DNA from: a virus
IMG/VR virus record: IMGVR_UViG_3300050821_024094
Span: 1 to 64,000 of that record
DNA: 64,000 nucleotides
Reading direction: 5' to 3' (one strand)
A program made the translations under genes and the position numbers. The notes below the pieces were generated by a model. That model had not been told where the DNA came from, ran no database searches, and worked only from the letters and a program-made list of their open reading frames with translations. Below, one piece after another: positions 48,038 through 56,319 of this stretch; within the stretch, counting starts at the first letter, position 1, and every line of letters starts with the position of its first letter.

Positions 48038-48220
48038 ATGAAGCCCATCACGGTGCGCCTCGCGCACAACCTTCTCCATGGCTGCCTGATACTCGACGGC
48101 ATCCGAATCCGCCGGCTGGCGGAGTTGCTCACGCTCAGCTTGACCGAGCGCAAAGCACTTATCGCCTACCTCGGTCTCGATGGGATCGAGCGCATCGCTG
48201 ACACCTTCGAGCTGGCTTGA
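48038..48220 (+). CDS. Hypothetical protein
   Basis: CCCTACCAC plus RBS GGAG upstream. Confidence 0.6.
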   Translation: MKPITVRLAHNLLHGCLILDGIRIRRLAELLTLSLTERKALIAYLGLDGIERIADTFELA

Positions 48221-48231
48221 GGGAGGCGACG

Positions 48232-48570
48232 ATGAGCGAGCAACAAGAGCCCACGTCATTCACCGTCGCGGTCTATCTGGTCGACCAAGTCTACGGCGGC
48301 CCAGAAGAAGGCGGCTGGTGGTTCCAAGCTGGAACGATCGTCGATCCGGCGTCACTCGACATCCCCTTCGAGATGGCAGCGCCGCGCGTGTTCAAGGACG
48401 AGGACGCGGCGACCGAACACGCCGACGCGGTCAACCTCGCACTCAAGAAGATAAACGCGGGGCGCCCGTCGCTGACCTCGGTTCTGTCCGAGGGGAGATA
48501 TTGGGCGCAAGTCCATCCCGGCTTCGTGCCGCCCGACCACTTCCCCGCAGTCACCCCGCACTACGAATAG
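48232..48570 (+). CDS. Hypothetical protein
   Basis: VY.VD..YGGPEEGGWW; ends PHYE. Confidence 0.7.
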   Translation: MSEQQEPTSFTVAVYLVDQVYGGPEEGGWWFQAGTIVDPASLDIPFEMAAPRVFKDEDAATEHADAVNLALKKINAGRPSLTSVLSEGRYWAQVHPGFVPPDHFPAVTPHYE

Positions 48571-48607
48571 CAGCCTTCCCTACCACCCGAGCAACGAGAG
48601 AAAAATC

Positions 48608-48985
48608 ATGAACATCAACATTGAAGTCCCGTCACAGCGCATCGCCGACATGATCATCGGTGCGGTCGAAGGCGGCTCCACCTATTGGGCCAGAAGCCTC
48701 GTACTCAAGTCGACGAAGATCGCCGACCGCGAGAGCCCCTGGTACGCCGACCCGCGCCTCTACGAAGACGAGACGCTGGAGCTCGAACTGATCGAGGACG
48801 AGCCGTCCGCGCCGAACCACGACGGCAAGTACACCATCAAATTCGCCGACTTCGCCAAGGGCCTCACCATCATGGCGCAGAAGCACGCCTGGCACTTCGG
48901 CAACATGATCAGCGAGAACGACGACGCGACGACCGCCGACGTGCTCCTGCAATGCATCGCGCTCGGCGAGCTGGTCTACGGCTGA
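48608..48985 (+). CDS. Hypothetical protein
   Basis: EGGS.YWA, DA..AD...Q....GE.VYG. Confidence 0.7.
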   Translation: MNINIEVPSQRIADMIIGAVEGGSTYWARSLVLKSTKIADRESPWYADPRLYEDETLELELIEDEPSAPNHDGKYTIKFADFAKGLTIMAQKHAWHFGNMISENDDATTADVLLQCIALGELVYG

Positions 48986-48992
48986 GGGCGCC

Positions 48993-49109
48993 ATGAAAGA
49001 GATCATCATTGGCATCCTGCTCACGTGGGGCGTCGTCTCTGCTCTGGCCTGTTGGGCAATGTGCCGCGTCGCCGCGATCGCAGACCGACAAATCGAAGAA
49101 GGGAATTGA
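48993..49109 (+). CDS. 38-aa single-TM peptide (not in ORF track)
   Basis: MKEIIIGILLTWGVVSALACWAMC...; RBS GAGG. Confidence 0.45.
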   Translation: MKEIIIGILLTWGVVSALACWAMCRVAAIADRQIEEGN

Positions 49110-49111
49110 CC

Positions 49112-49774
49112 ATGGCAGCCGAGAAACGACGCGCCTGCGGCTATCGAAAGGTCGGTGGCCTCTACCTCGTGAGCGATGGGCTTGGAGCGTCGTGCTGCAA
49201 GCTACCGATCATCCTTAAGACGTGTCCATGCTGCGGCAATGGCGTGAAGCAAGCGCGCGGCTGGACGTGGATTGATCCGAGTCCGTGGATCAAAGGCGAG
49301 TGCAAGTCGTGGAATGGCAAAAAATCGATGGCAGGCGGGTTTTGCCCGCTCGCTGATCCGCGCGTGCTGGGTCAGCGCGTCGGCCTCCTCTGGATCGGCG
49401 AGCAGTTCTACCCGACACCCGAGGCATTCGCCGAGGAAGCGAATGAGATGGGCATCTCGCGCCGCATCACGGCGGTCCCGCGCGGGTTCAAGGTCGGAGA
49501 GCATTGGGTGTTCCTCGCGCATCCGAAGCTGGAGCGCTCGATCAATCCGGACACGAAAGAGGCCGAGTGGGCGGGTGGCGTGTTCCGCGTCTTCAAGCCC
49601 ACGCGCATCGAGAAGATCATCACGGAGAGCCAGTCGAAGGACGAGATCGCGATGAAGCGGCTCGAGCTCCAGAAGATCACATCCGTCATCGTGCCCGACG
49701 ACGACAAGGACCACCAAGGGACCGTCTACGACAAAGACGAAGCGGACGGCGACCTATTCGCAGAGGAGAATTGA
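49112..49774 (+). CDS. Cys-rich hypothetical protein
   Basis: R.CG.RK.GG.YL, CPCCG, LWIG..FY, F..EA...G.SRR. Confidence 0.65.
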   Translation: MAAEKRRACGYRKVGGLYLVSDGLGASCCKLPIILKTCPCCGNGVKQARGWTWIDPSPWIKGECKSWNGKKSMAGGFCPLADPRVLGQRVGLLWIGEQFYPTPEAFAEEANEMGISRRITAVPRGFKVGEHWVFLAHPKLERSINPDTKEAEWAGGVFRVFKPTRIEKIITESQSKDEIAMKRLELQKITSVIVPDDDKDHQGTVYDKDEADGDLFAEEN

Positions 49775-49775
49775 C

Positions 49776-49988
49776 GTGACACCAGAACAAGTAAAGGGCC
49801 TGCGGATGATCTGCGATGGCATCATCGAAGCAATCAAAGCAGGTGGCCCGCTCGGAGCACCAGCAGGTGTGCTCTATGCGGCGTTGATGGGCGCGGGCTG
49901 CTCACTCGACCAATTCAACCAGATCATGTCTGGCCTGGTGCGAGCGGGCAAAGTGCGCAAGCGCGGCGACTGCTACCATGCAGTCTGA
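49776..49988 (+). CDS. Small winged-helix-like protein
   Basis: GAPAG.LYAALM, LV..G.V. Confidence 0.55.
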   Translation: MTPEQVKGLRMICDGIIEAIKAGGPLGAPAGVLYAALMGAGCSLDQFNQIMSGLVRAGKVRKRGDCYHAV

Positions 49989-50028
49989 CCCGCGTGCTAT
50001 GACTGCCCCTTTCGAGGGGCAGTCATTC

Positions 50029-50256
50029 ATGAGCCAGAACAAGCCGATGACCGGCGCGACGCTTCAGCGTTGGCGCAAGAAACGCAAACTGTCGGAACGC
50101 GGGGCCTGCCTGGTGCTCGGCCTTTCACGCGGCGCGCTTCGCAACTTCGAGGCAGCCGGCGCTCCGCTCTATATTGCGTTGGCATGTGCCGCACTCGACG
50201 CGAACCTCAGCCCTGTCGGCGTTCGCGGCAAACCGAAGTCTCGTACCCTTCGATAA
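50029..50256 (+). CDS. XRE-like HTH protein
   Basis: L..WRK...LS...A...LGLS......E, P..IALAC. Confidence 0.7.
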   Translation: MSQNKPMTGATLQRWRKKRKLSERGACLVLGLSRGALRNFEAAGAPLYIALACAALDANLSPVGVRGKPKSRTLR

Positions 50257-50311
50257 CCCACTGGAGTAACCGACGAAAACACAGAACGAGATTGACTGTC
50301 TACGCCCGGTG

Positions 50312-50329
50312 TGGTCCATATATGTACCA
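50312..50329. promoter_or_regulatory. 18-bp palindromic operator in promoter, copy 3
   Basis: TGGTCCATATATGTACCA; TTGACT at 50292. Confidence 0.7.
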
Positions 50330-50379
50330 AGCCAAGCCGACGCGGAAAACTGCGCGGCTCCCTACCACGGAGAAGACCA

Positions 50380-50769
50380 ATGAACATCCTCACAGGCGAG
50401 CGCCTTGCGCGTACCGCCCCGGTGCGCAAGCGCCGACCAGCCATCACCACCACCACTCCCGACGTCACCGAGTACGTCGTCCATTGGCGAACCTACACCG
50501 CGCGACAAGTCTGGCTCGCCGGCGCCGAGGTCTACGCTTGCAAGGACAAGATGCTTCGCGAGATTTACGCCGGCGCGGTGAACACCGTGCAGCGCGTCAT
50601 ATCCTACAACGCGGCCGAAGGATGGGCGCATGACGTGAGCGCAGACGTCGCCCAGGAGATCGCCGACCGCTTCAACTCGACGGGCGACTCCATCGAACGG
50701 TCGCTCATCAATTTCCTCCACGACCACCTCGGCGTCGAGTCGACGCTTGAGCTCAACACGGAGGAGTGA
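50380..50769 (+). CDS. Hypothetical protein
   Basis: CCCTACCAC-GGAG upstream. Confidence 0.6.
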   Translation: MNILTGERLARTAPVRKRRPAITTTTPDVTEYVVHWRTYTARQVWLAGAEVYACKDKMLREIYAGAVNTVQRVISYNAAEGWAHDVSADVAQEIADRFNSTGDSIERSLINFLHDHLGVESTLELNTEE

Positions 50770-50772
50770 GCG

Positions 50773-51012
50773 ATGGCCAAGAAGCTTTTCATCGCAGCCT
50801 TCTTCGTGGACGCAGAGCGGTTCGACGAGATGACCGGCGCCGGCTCGCCCCACAAGGACGACGTCATGGCCCTGCTTGAGAACCAGCTCGGCATGGACGG
50901 AGACGTCACAGACTTCGCCGTTTGGGATGGCACCGACAACACGGTCGTCCTGCTCAAAGAGATTGCCGACGCGATCAATGACTCGCGCCGTCACCGTTTC
51001 GAGGAGCACTGA
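50773..51012 (+). CDS. Acidic hypothetical protein
   Basis: RBS GGAG. Confidence 0.6.
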   Translation: MAKKLFIAAFFVDAERFDEMTGAGSPHKDDVMALLENQLGMDGDVTDFAVWDGTDNTVVLLKEIADAINDSRRHRFEEH

Positions 51013-51110
51013 CCATGCCTTGGGTCGCGCTCTTCCTCGGTTTCTGGGCCGGCGACACGGTTGCATAAATAAGAACTTCCCTACCACCGATAAGCAACGA
51101 GGAATTGAGA

Positions 51111-51284
51111 ATGAGTATCGGCGAAGAACAGCGACTCCGATCGGAGATCGCATTCATCGAACAGCGTTACGACGGCCACTACCCGAAGTCGATCTGGGCA
51201 GTCCTCGAAATCTACCAGCGCGAGCTGGCCGAATGCCTCGCCAAGAAGGACGCCGCTCCGAGCACTGGAGCTGCACAACAATAA
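51111..51284 (+). CDS. 57-aa hypothetical protein (not in ORF track)
   Basis: MSIGEEQRLRSEIAFIEQRY...; CCCTACCAC and GAGGA upstream. Confidence 0.55.
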   Translation: MSIGEEQRLRSEIAFIEQRYDGHYPKSIWAVLEIYQRELAECLAKKDAAPSTGAAQQ

Positions 51285-51349
51285 GCCACTGAGAACCGAG
51301 GAGCCGGATCAACCGGCCCTCTCCATCCCTACCACCAGGATCAATCCCC

Positions 51350-52894
51350 ATGCTCGATGTCACCACCGGCGCGCTCGCGCGCTGCAGCGAAGACGTCACT
51401 CAAGACCGGCCGACCGACACCGGTATTGTCCCGCGCGACACGGTCGAGACCATCGTGCGCAACCGCGACCGCGCATTGGAGCTCTACTGCCTCGCCCACC
51501 AGGCCCTGAACACCGCGAACGAAGCTGTCGCCGGAGCGGCAGGAGCAACACGTGACCTCTGCCCAGGAGAGAACCGTTACAACCACCATCTCAGCAGCGA
51601 GAAGGCCCATTGGCTCAAGCCAGGCCGAGTGCCGTCGCGCGAAGACTACATGGCGACCGCGCGCAAGATCACGGACACAGATGTCTGGTCGCACCTGATC
51701 GCGATCACCGACCTTGAGAAGCTCATGGATCGCAAGGCGAAGGACGAGTTCTCGCGGCAGCTTCAAGACGATCCGCCTGAGGTGACGGTCGACAACGTGT
51801 TCGCGACACTTGAGCACTTCATGGCGGACGCCGGCACCATCTTCCGGCGCGGCATCGCCAATTGCTTCTCCAGCCTCGATCGCCGGTTCAAGTCACACGA
51901 CGGTTTCAAGATCGGGAGCCGCGTGATCCTCACCCACATGTTCGATGGGTTTGGCCACATGAACTATCACCGCAACACCGAGGCGACGCTCATCGACATC
52001 GACCGCACGTTCCGCCTGCTCGACGGAAAGAAGGACTGCGACGTCTACACCGGCATCGTCGGCGCGCTGCGCAACGACCGCACGGGTTGGGGCGCTCGGC
52101 AGACCGAGACGCACTCTGACTACTTCAAGGTCGTCGGCTACATGAACGGCAACGCGCACATTTGGTTCAAGCGCGACGACCTGCTCGAGAAGGTCAACAA
52201 GATGCTCGCCGAATACTACGGCGAAACAATCGGCGACGGAAACGACCGCGACGATGGCGGACTGTTCACACCCAAGACGACGCTAGCGAAGCACTACGGC
52301 TTCTACCCGACGCCGGATGAAGCATCGAAGACGATCATCGACATGGCCGGGCTCTATCGAGAGAAGGGCATGCCTGCGCTCCGCATCCTCGAACCGTCCG
52401 CCGGCACCGGCAACCTCGCGCGGCGTTGCGTGCGAGGATACGGCGAAGGGCACGAGAGCGTGTCGTATCACGCTCGCGAGCGCATCGCATCCGAGCCCAA
52501 CCTGGTCGACTGTGTCGAGGTGCAGGCCAATCTCGCCAGCGACCTCAAGGCCGAGGGCATTTATCGGAAGGTCTACGCCCAGGACTTCCTCACGCTGCAA
52601 CCCGTCGGCCTCTACGACCGCGTGGTGATGAACCCGCCGTTCGATCGGGAGCGCGACATTGATCACGTCATGCACGCGCTCAACTTCCTCGCCGACGACG
52701 GCGTGTTGATCGCGATTATGTCGGCAGGCACCGAGTTCCGCGAGACGCGCAAGGCAACCGCCTTCCGCGCGTTGATGAAAAAAATGAACGCCCACTGGCG
52801 CGATCTGCCGGCCGGATCGTTCTCCTCCGTCGGCACGAACTGCAACACGATCGTGCTGAAGGTCAGCAAGAACGGCCGGCACTTCTATCACTGA
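51350..52894 (+). CDS. DUF4942-like domain fused to an amino-DNA methyltransferase
   Basis: FYPTP, LEPSAGTG, VMNPPF; N-terminal F.RG..N.F..L and NGN.HI.F. Confidence 0.85.
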   Translation: MLDVTTGALARCSEDVTQDRPTDTGIVPRDTVETIVRNRDRALELYCLAHQALNTANEAVAGAAGATRDLCPGENRYNHHLSSEKAHWLKPGRVPSREDYMATARKITDTDVWSHLIAITDLEKLMDRKAKDEFSRQLQDDPPEVTVDNVFATLEHFMADAGTIFRRGIANCFSSLDRRFKSHDGFKIGSRVILTHMFDGFGHMNYHRNTEATLIDIDRTFRLLDGKKDCDVYTGIVGALRNDRTGWGARQTETHSDYFKVVGYMNGNAHIWFKRDDLLEKVNKMLAEYYGETIGDGNDRDDGGLFTPKTTLAKHYGFYPTPDEASKTIIDMAGLYREKGMPALRILEPSAGTGNLARRCVRGYGEGHESVSYHARERIASEPNLVDCVEVQANLASDLKAEGIYRKVYAQDFLTLQPVGLYDRVVMNPPFDRERDIDHVMHALNFLADDGVLIAIMSAGTEFRETRKATAFRALMKKMNAHWRDLPAGSFSSVGTNCNTIVLKVSKNGRHFYH

Positions 52895-52934
52895 CTCAAG
52901 ATCTAACCATCCCTACCACCAGGAGCAGACAACG

Positions 52935-53279
52935 ATGGCACTCCCAGCGACATACCGACCACGCGAAGGCGACATCCTGATCCTGCACGCGAGGGTCAAG
53001 CACAGCTTCACAGGCAGCGACGACGGGCTGTACGTCGAGATCGAAGGTCACTACAGCACGCCGTGCCTTCCACCGGAGAGTTTCGCAGGTGTCCATCGCC
53101 TCGGCTTCGAGGTTGGTGACTACGTTTGGCACGTCGACCAGCAAGCACACGCCACCGTGCTCGCGATCAACGGCAACCAAGCTTGGATCAAGTGGCAGAT
53201 CGGCGGGTCCACCATGGTCATTGCCATGACTGACCTAGAGCGCAGCGCGCGCCCGGAGCAAGCGGAGGCCGCGGAATGA
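52935..53279 (+). CDS. Hypothetical protein
   Basis: CCCTACCAC-C-AGGAG upstream. Confidence 0.6.
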   Translation: MALPATYRPREGDILILHARVKHSFTGSDDGLYVEIEGHYSTPCLPPESFAGVHRLGFEVGDYVWHVDQQAHATVLAINGNQAWIKWQIGGSTMVIAMTDLERSARPEQAEAAE

Positions 53280-54124
53280 ACACGCTCAAGACGACGCTGC
53301 TCCTGACCGCAATGATGGCAGCGTTCCTCGCCATCGGTAATTTGTTTGCCGACACCGCCGGCGCGGTGGTCGGCTTCATCGCCGCCATCCTGTTCGGTGC
53401 GCACACCTACTGGTACGGGCTTCAGAACGCCGTGCGCACGCATCAAGCCAAGCCCGCCGACTTCGCCCGCAAGCGAGAGCGACAGTTGATCGAGCTGGTC
53501 AACGAGCTCGCGAGAAACGCAGGCATCCCGACGCCTCGCGTCTTCGTGTTCGACAGCGCCCAGCCGAATGCGTTTGCCGCCGGGCGCGGACCGAGTCATT
53601 CCGCGATCATCGTCTCGACCGGGCTACTGGCCTGCCTCGATTGGAACGAAATCGCCGGCGTGATCGCGCACGAGCAGGCGCATATCAAGAACCGCGACGC
53701 GCTCACGATGACGGTTGCCTCTGGCCTGGCCGGCGTGATCGCCTTCCTTGCGGGGACCATCGCCATGCTCGGGCTGGCCAACCGCCGGGGCGGCGGGATC
53801 GGTGCGATCGTGTTCGGCGCCATCATGGCGCTTGGGGCGCTTGTGCTCCAAGCCATGCTCGGCCGGTCACGAGAGTATGTCGCCGACCGTGATGGCGCAG
53901 CGATCTGCGGTCACCCACTTTGGATCGCCAGGGCATTGCGCCGCATGAGCGGAGGAACGAAGCAGGTCAATCATGCTGCGGAGAGCAACCCGGCTCTATC
54001 GGCCCTCTACTTCGTGAACCCTCTGTCCGGGGGTTGGGTGGCGAGGATGTTCTCGACTCACCCGCCCGTTGAGAAGAGAATCAGACGACTGGAGCGAATG
54101 ACCGAACACGGAGGGACTAAGTGA
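53276..54124 (+). CDS. htpX: HtpX-like M48 membrane zinc protease
   Basis: PNAFA.GR, AHEQAH, SREY.AD, FSTHPP..RI.RL. Confidence 0.88.
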   Translation: MNTLKTTLLLTAMMAAFLAIGNLFADTAGAVVGFIAAILFGAHTYWYGLQNAVRTHQAKPADFARKRERQLIELVNELARNAGIPTPRVFVFDSAQPNAFAAGRGPSHSAIIVSTGLLACLDWNEIAGVIAHEQAHIKNRDALTMTVASGLAGVIAFLAGTIAMLGLANRRGGGIGAIVFGAIMALGALVLQAMLGRSREYVADRDGAAICGHPLWIARALRRMSGGTKQVNHAAESNPALSALYFVNPLSGGWVARMFSTHPPVEKRIRRLERMTEHGGTK

Positions 54125-54330
54125 AGCTCGCAGACGTTGACGTCCAAGACCTCATCACAGCGCTCCGCGATGAACGCAGTGTCGGTATCAGCGCAGCGCG
54201 GGAAGAACATCGGAAGCCGACGGACGCAGAAGAGATCACTTTCTGCGTCTTAAGGGCCCTAGAGTGCGCACTAGCAGCGGCGATTTCGCGGCGAGAGACA
54301 GAAGTTTACGACCCTACGTTGGGGGCTTGA
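54121..54330 (+). CDS. Hypothetical protein
   Basis: RBS GGAGG. Confidence 0.5.
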   Translation: MKLADVDVQDLITALRDERSVGISAAREEHRKPTDAEEITFCVLRALECALAAAISRRETEVYDPTLGA

Positions 54331-54433
54331 AAAAGAACCGGCCAGAACCCGAGGGCTCTGGCCGGTCTAGTTGGCAAATGCTTCCCTACCACAGGAGCAA
54401 CGAAGACGTGTCACAGGGACACGCGCCCTTCGT
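54330..54433 (-). ncRNA. Predicted ~104-nt trans-acting sRNA antisense to CCCTACCAC sites
   Basis: 5' hairpin, seed hairpin with loop UGUGGUAG, terminator stem with UUCUUUUU tail; promoter upstream. Confidence 0.7.
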
Positions 54434-54440
54434 AGCCCCG

Positions 54441-54469
54441 AACATGGATCAGGAAGCGGTGAATCGCAA
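54441..54469 (-). promoter_or_regulatory. Predicted sigma70-type promoter of the sRNA
   Basis: TTGCGA (54469-54464), 17-nt spacer, CATGTT (54446-54441). Confidence 0.55.
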
Positions 54470-54857
54470 GATGGCGCCTGCCCTAAATGTTAACGCCAGT
54501 GCCGCGACCAGGTCCGAGTGCAGAGCTTGCATTCGACCCGTTCAATCAGAACCTCCCGGCTAGTGCTTAGGCCGATGACGTCCGTCTCCGCCCCAAGCGG
54601 GCAGATGCAAGGGACGGCGCGGGCCTCGGAGACTTTGGCGGCCTTATCAACCGGCCGCTCGGCGGTGAGAACATCACATTCGGAGATCATGGTTTGGCCT
54701 GGAGGTTGCCCAGGCACAGATGCGCGTCCTCGCGCGCGCACGCGCGAGAGATGACCGATCGGAATGTGTCTGGAAATGCGAAACGCAAACGGGCCCCACC
54801 TGGGGGCCCGCGCAAGTTCCGCCGAATCTATTTATTTGTTAGCACGGTTGAGCAAGG

Positions 54858-55469
54858 CTAGCCAAGTGACATGAGACGCGCTTCGAGCGCCGCCGCCTCC
54901 AGGCCGTGACTTGCGAGAGCCGCATCGATCTGATCGTCAGCAGGCATCACCGCTTTGAGCTTGTGCGCGATCGCCACCATCTGGAGATCGCGCCGCTCAT
55001 AGACCGAGTTCCGGTGAAGGCCGAGTGAGCGAGCAATTTGCTGCCCCTCCTTCCCGGCCGCCATGCCGCAAATGATCTGATAGTCGCGGCGTCGGTTTTT
55101 CCCGACCAGGAGCTTGGGGAAGACGTCGAAGATGACGTGCATGCGCTGCACGTCCCTCGGCGTCGGCTGAGCGGTCCGGAGCAGAGAATCATTGCTCTGG
55201 TGCCCTGCCTCGATCGCGGCGAGCTCGGTGCGATAGGCTTCCATTCGCTCCTCTTGCGTGCGCGTAAATTCCGGCCAGAGAGACCGCATGGAGTAGAGCA
55301 ATGCGGCCTCCGGATCGGGGAGCTTCTTCATCGTCGTCATCGCCCGCTGGAGGACGTAGAAGACCAGATCGGTGGGTCTCACCCTTTCCTTGCCCTCGGC
55401 GACGAGAGCTTGGAGAGCATCCCTGAAAGCCAGGTGCAGGATCTCGGGGTAGTCCTTCTCCCCTGCCAT
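54858..55469 (-). CDS. Probable late transcription regulator (Q-position HTH protein)
   Basis: Last early-operon gene; IARSLGLHRNSV HTH; start re-called at MAGEKDY. Confidence 0.5.
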   Translation of the reverse strand: MAGEKDYPEILHLAFRDALQALVAEGKERVRPTDLVFYVLQRAMTTMKKLPDPEAALLYSMRSLWPEFTRTQEERMEAYRTELAAIEAGHQSNDSLLRTAQPTPRDVQRMHVIFDVFPKLLVGKNRRRDYQIICGMAAGKEGQQIARSLGLHRNSVYERRDLQMVAIAHKLKAVMPADDQIDAALASHGLEAAALEARLMSLG

Positions 55470-55792
55470 CACACCACCAGATCGTCTTCGGCCGGCAACG
55501 ATAGCTCGAGCCGCGCACTGGAGCGCTGCACAAGGTAGATCGCCTCCATCAGGTCGGGAGAGCGATCCTGGATCATGAAAACCTCGCCGCGTTCGTGCGC
55601 CAGACACACTTCGACCGCGAGAGCCTGGAGCACGATGCGCTGGTCGCCGGGCAGGTTGGAGAACTCGAGACTCTTGTCGCCGGCGAGGTTGCCTTGGTGG
55701 TAGATCGCGTAATCGCCGGCCTTCGCCATACGCAAGAAGACCTTGAACTCGTCCGCAGTGGTGACCGTGGTGGGTTTTTTCTTGGTGCTCAT
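55469..55792 (-). CDS. Hypothetical protein
   Basis: GD...YH.G.LA.D, V...Q.R; TGATG overlap with next gene. Confidence 0.6.
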   Translation of the reverse strand: MSTKKKPTTVTTADEFKVFLRMAKAGDYAIYHQGNLAGDKSLEFSNLPGDQRIVLQALAVEVCLAHERGEVFMIQDRSPDLMEAIYLVQRSSARLELSLPAEDDLVV

Positions 55793-55845
55793 TGGTCGAT
55801 GTCTCCGTGGTGGTAGGGATTGTGTTGTGTGTTTTTTGTGAGAGC

Positions 55846-56304
55846 TCAGAAGGGGATTTCGTCGTCGAGCTCGTCGCGACGAGACGTCTGCGGACCATCT
55901 GCCGGCGGAGGAGTGCCGGCGTCCGCCGGGCGATTGCCCTTGTTTTGGTCCCAGGCTTTGCAGCGGATGATTTGCAGCTCGGATTTGAACGGCCGCAGCA
56001 CGACCTCGGTCGCGTAGCGTTTGCCACCACCCTGGTCTTCCCAAGAGCGGGTCTCGAGCTGGCCCACGATCATGATCTGATCGCCCTTGGCGAGGTACTG
56101 TTCGATGACCTTCACCAGGCCATCGGCCCAGACGACGACGCGGTGCCACTGCGTCTTCTCCTTGCGCTCGCCCGTGCTCTTGTCCTTCCAGCTTTCCGAG
56201 GTGGCGATCGAGAGCGTCGCGAGCTTCGCACCGTCGGCGAGAGCTTTGACTTCGGGGTCCTGGCCGAGATTGCCGAGCAGGATGACTTTGTTCATTGCAG
56301 CCAT
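55846..56304 (-). CDS. ssb: Single-stranded DNA-binding protein
   Basis: NKVILLGNLGQDPE, WHRVV, DDEIPF. Confidence 0.97.
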   Translation of the reverse strand: MAAMNKVILLGNLGQDPEVKALADGAKLATLSIATSESWKDKSTGERKEKTQWHRVVVWADGLVKVIEQYLAKGDQIMIVGQLETRSWEDQGGGKRYATEVVLRPFKSELQIIRCKAWDQNKGNRPADAGTPPPADGPQTSRRDELDDEIPF

Positions 56305-56319
56305 GTGGTAGGTCTCCGT

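Noticed and set aside
48009-54392. Repeated motif as CRISPR repeats or integron attC sites
   Set aside because: Only 9-12 bp, irregular gene-length spacing, and no cas or integrase in the window
54264-54563. Plus-strand ORF over the sRNA locus
   Set aside because: Unconvincing protein; the minus-strand promoter, hairpins and U-tract fit better, though translation from GTG 54408 is not excluded
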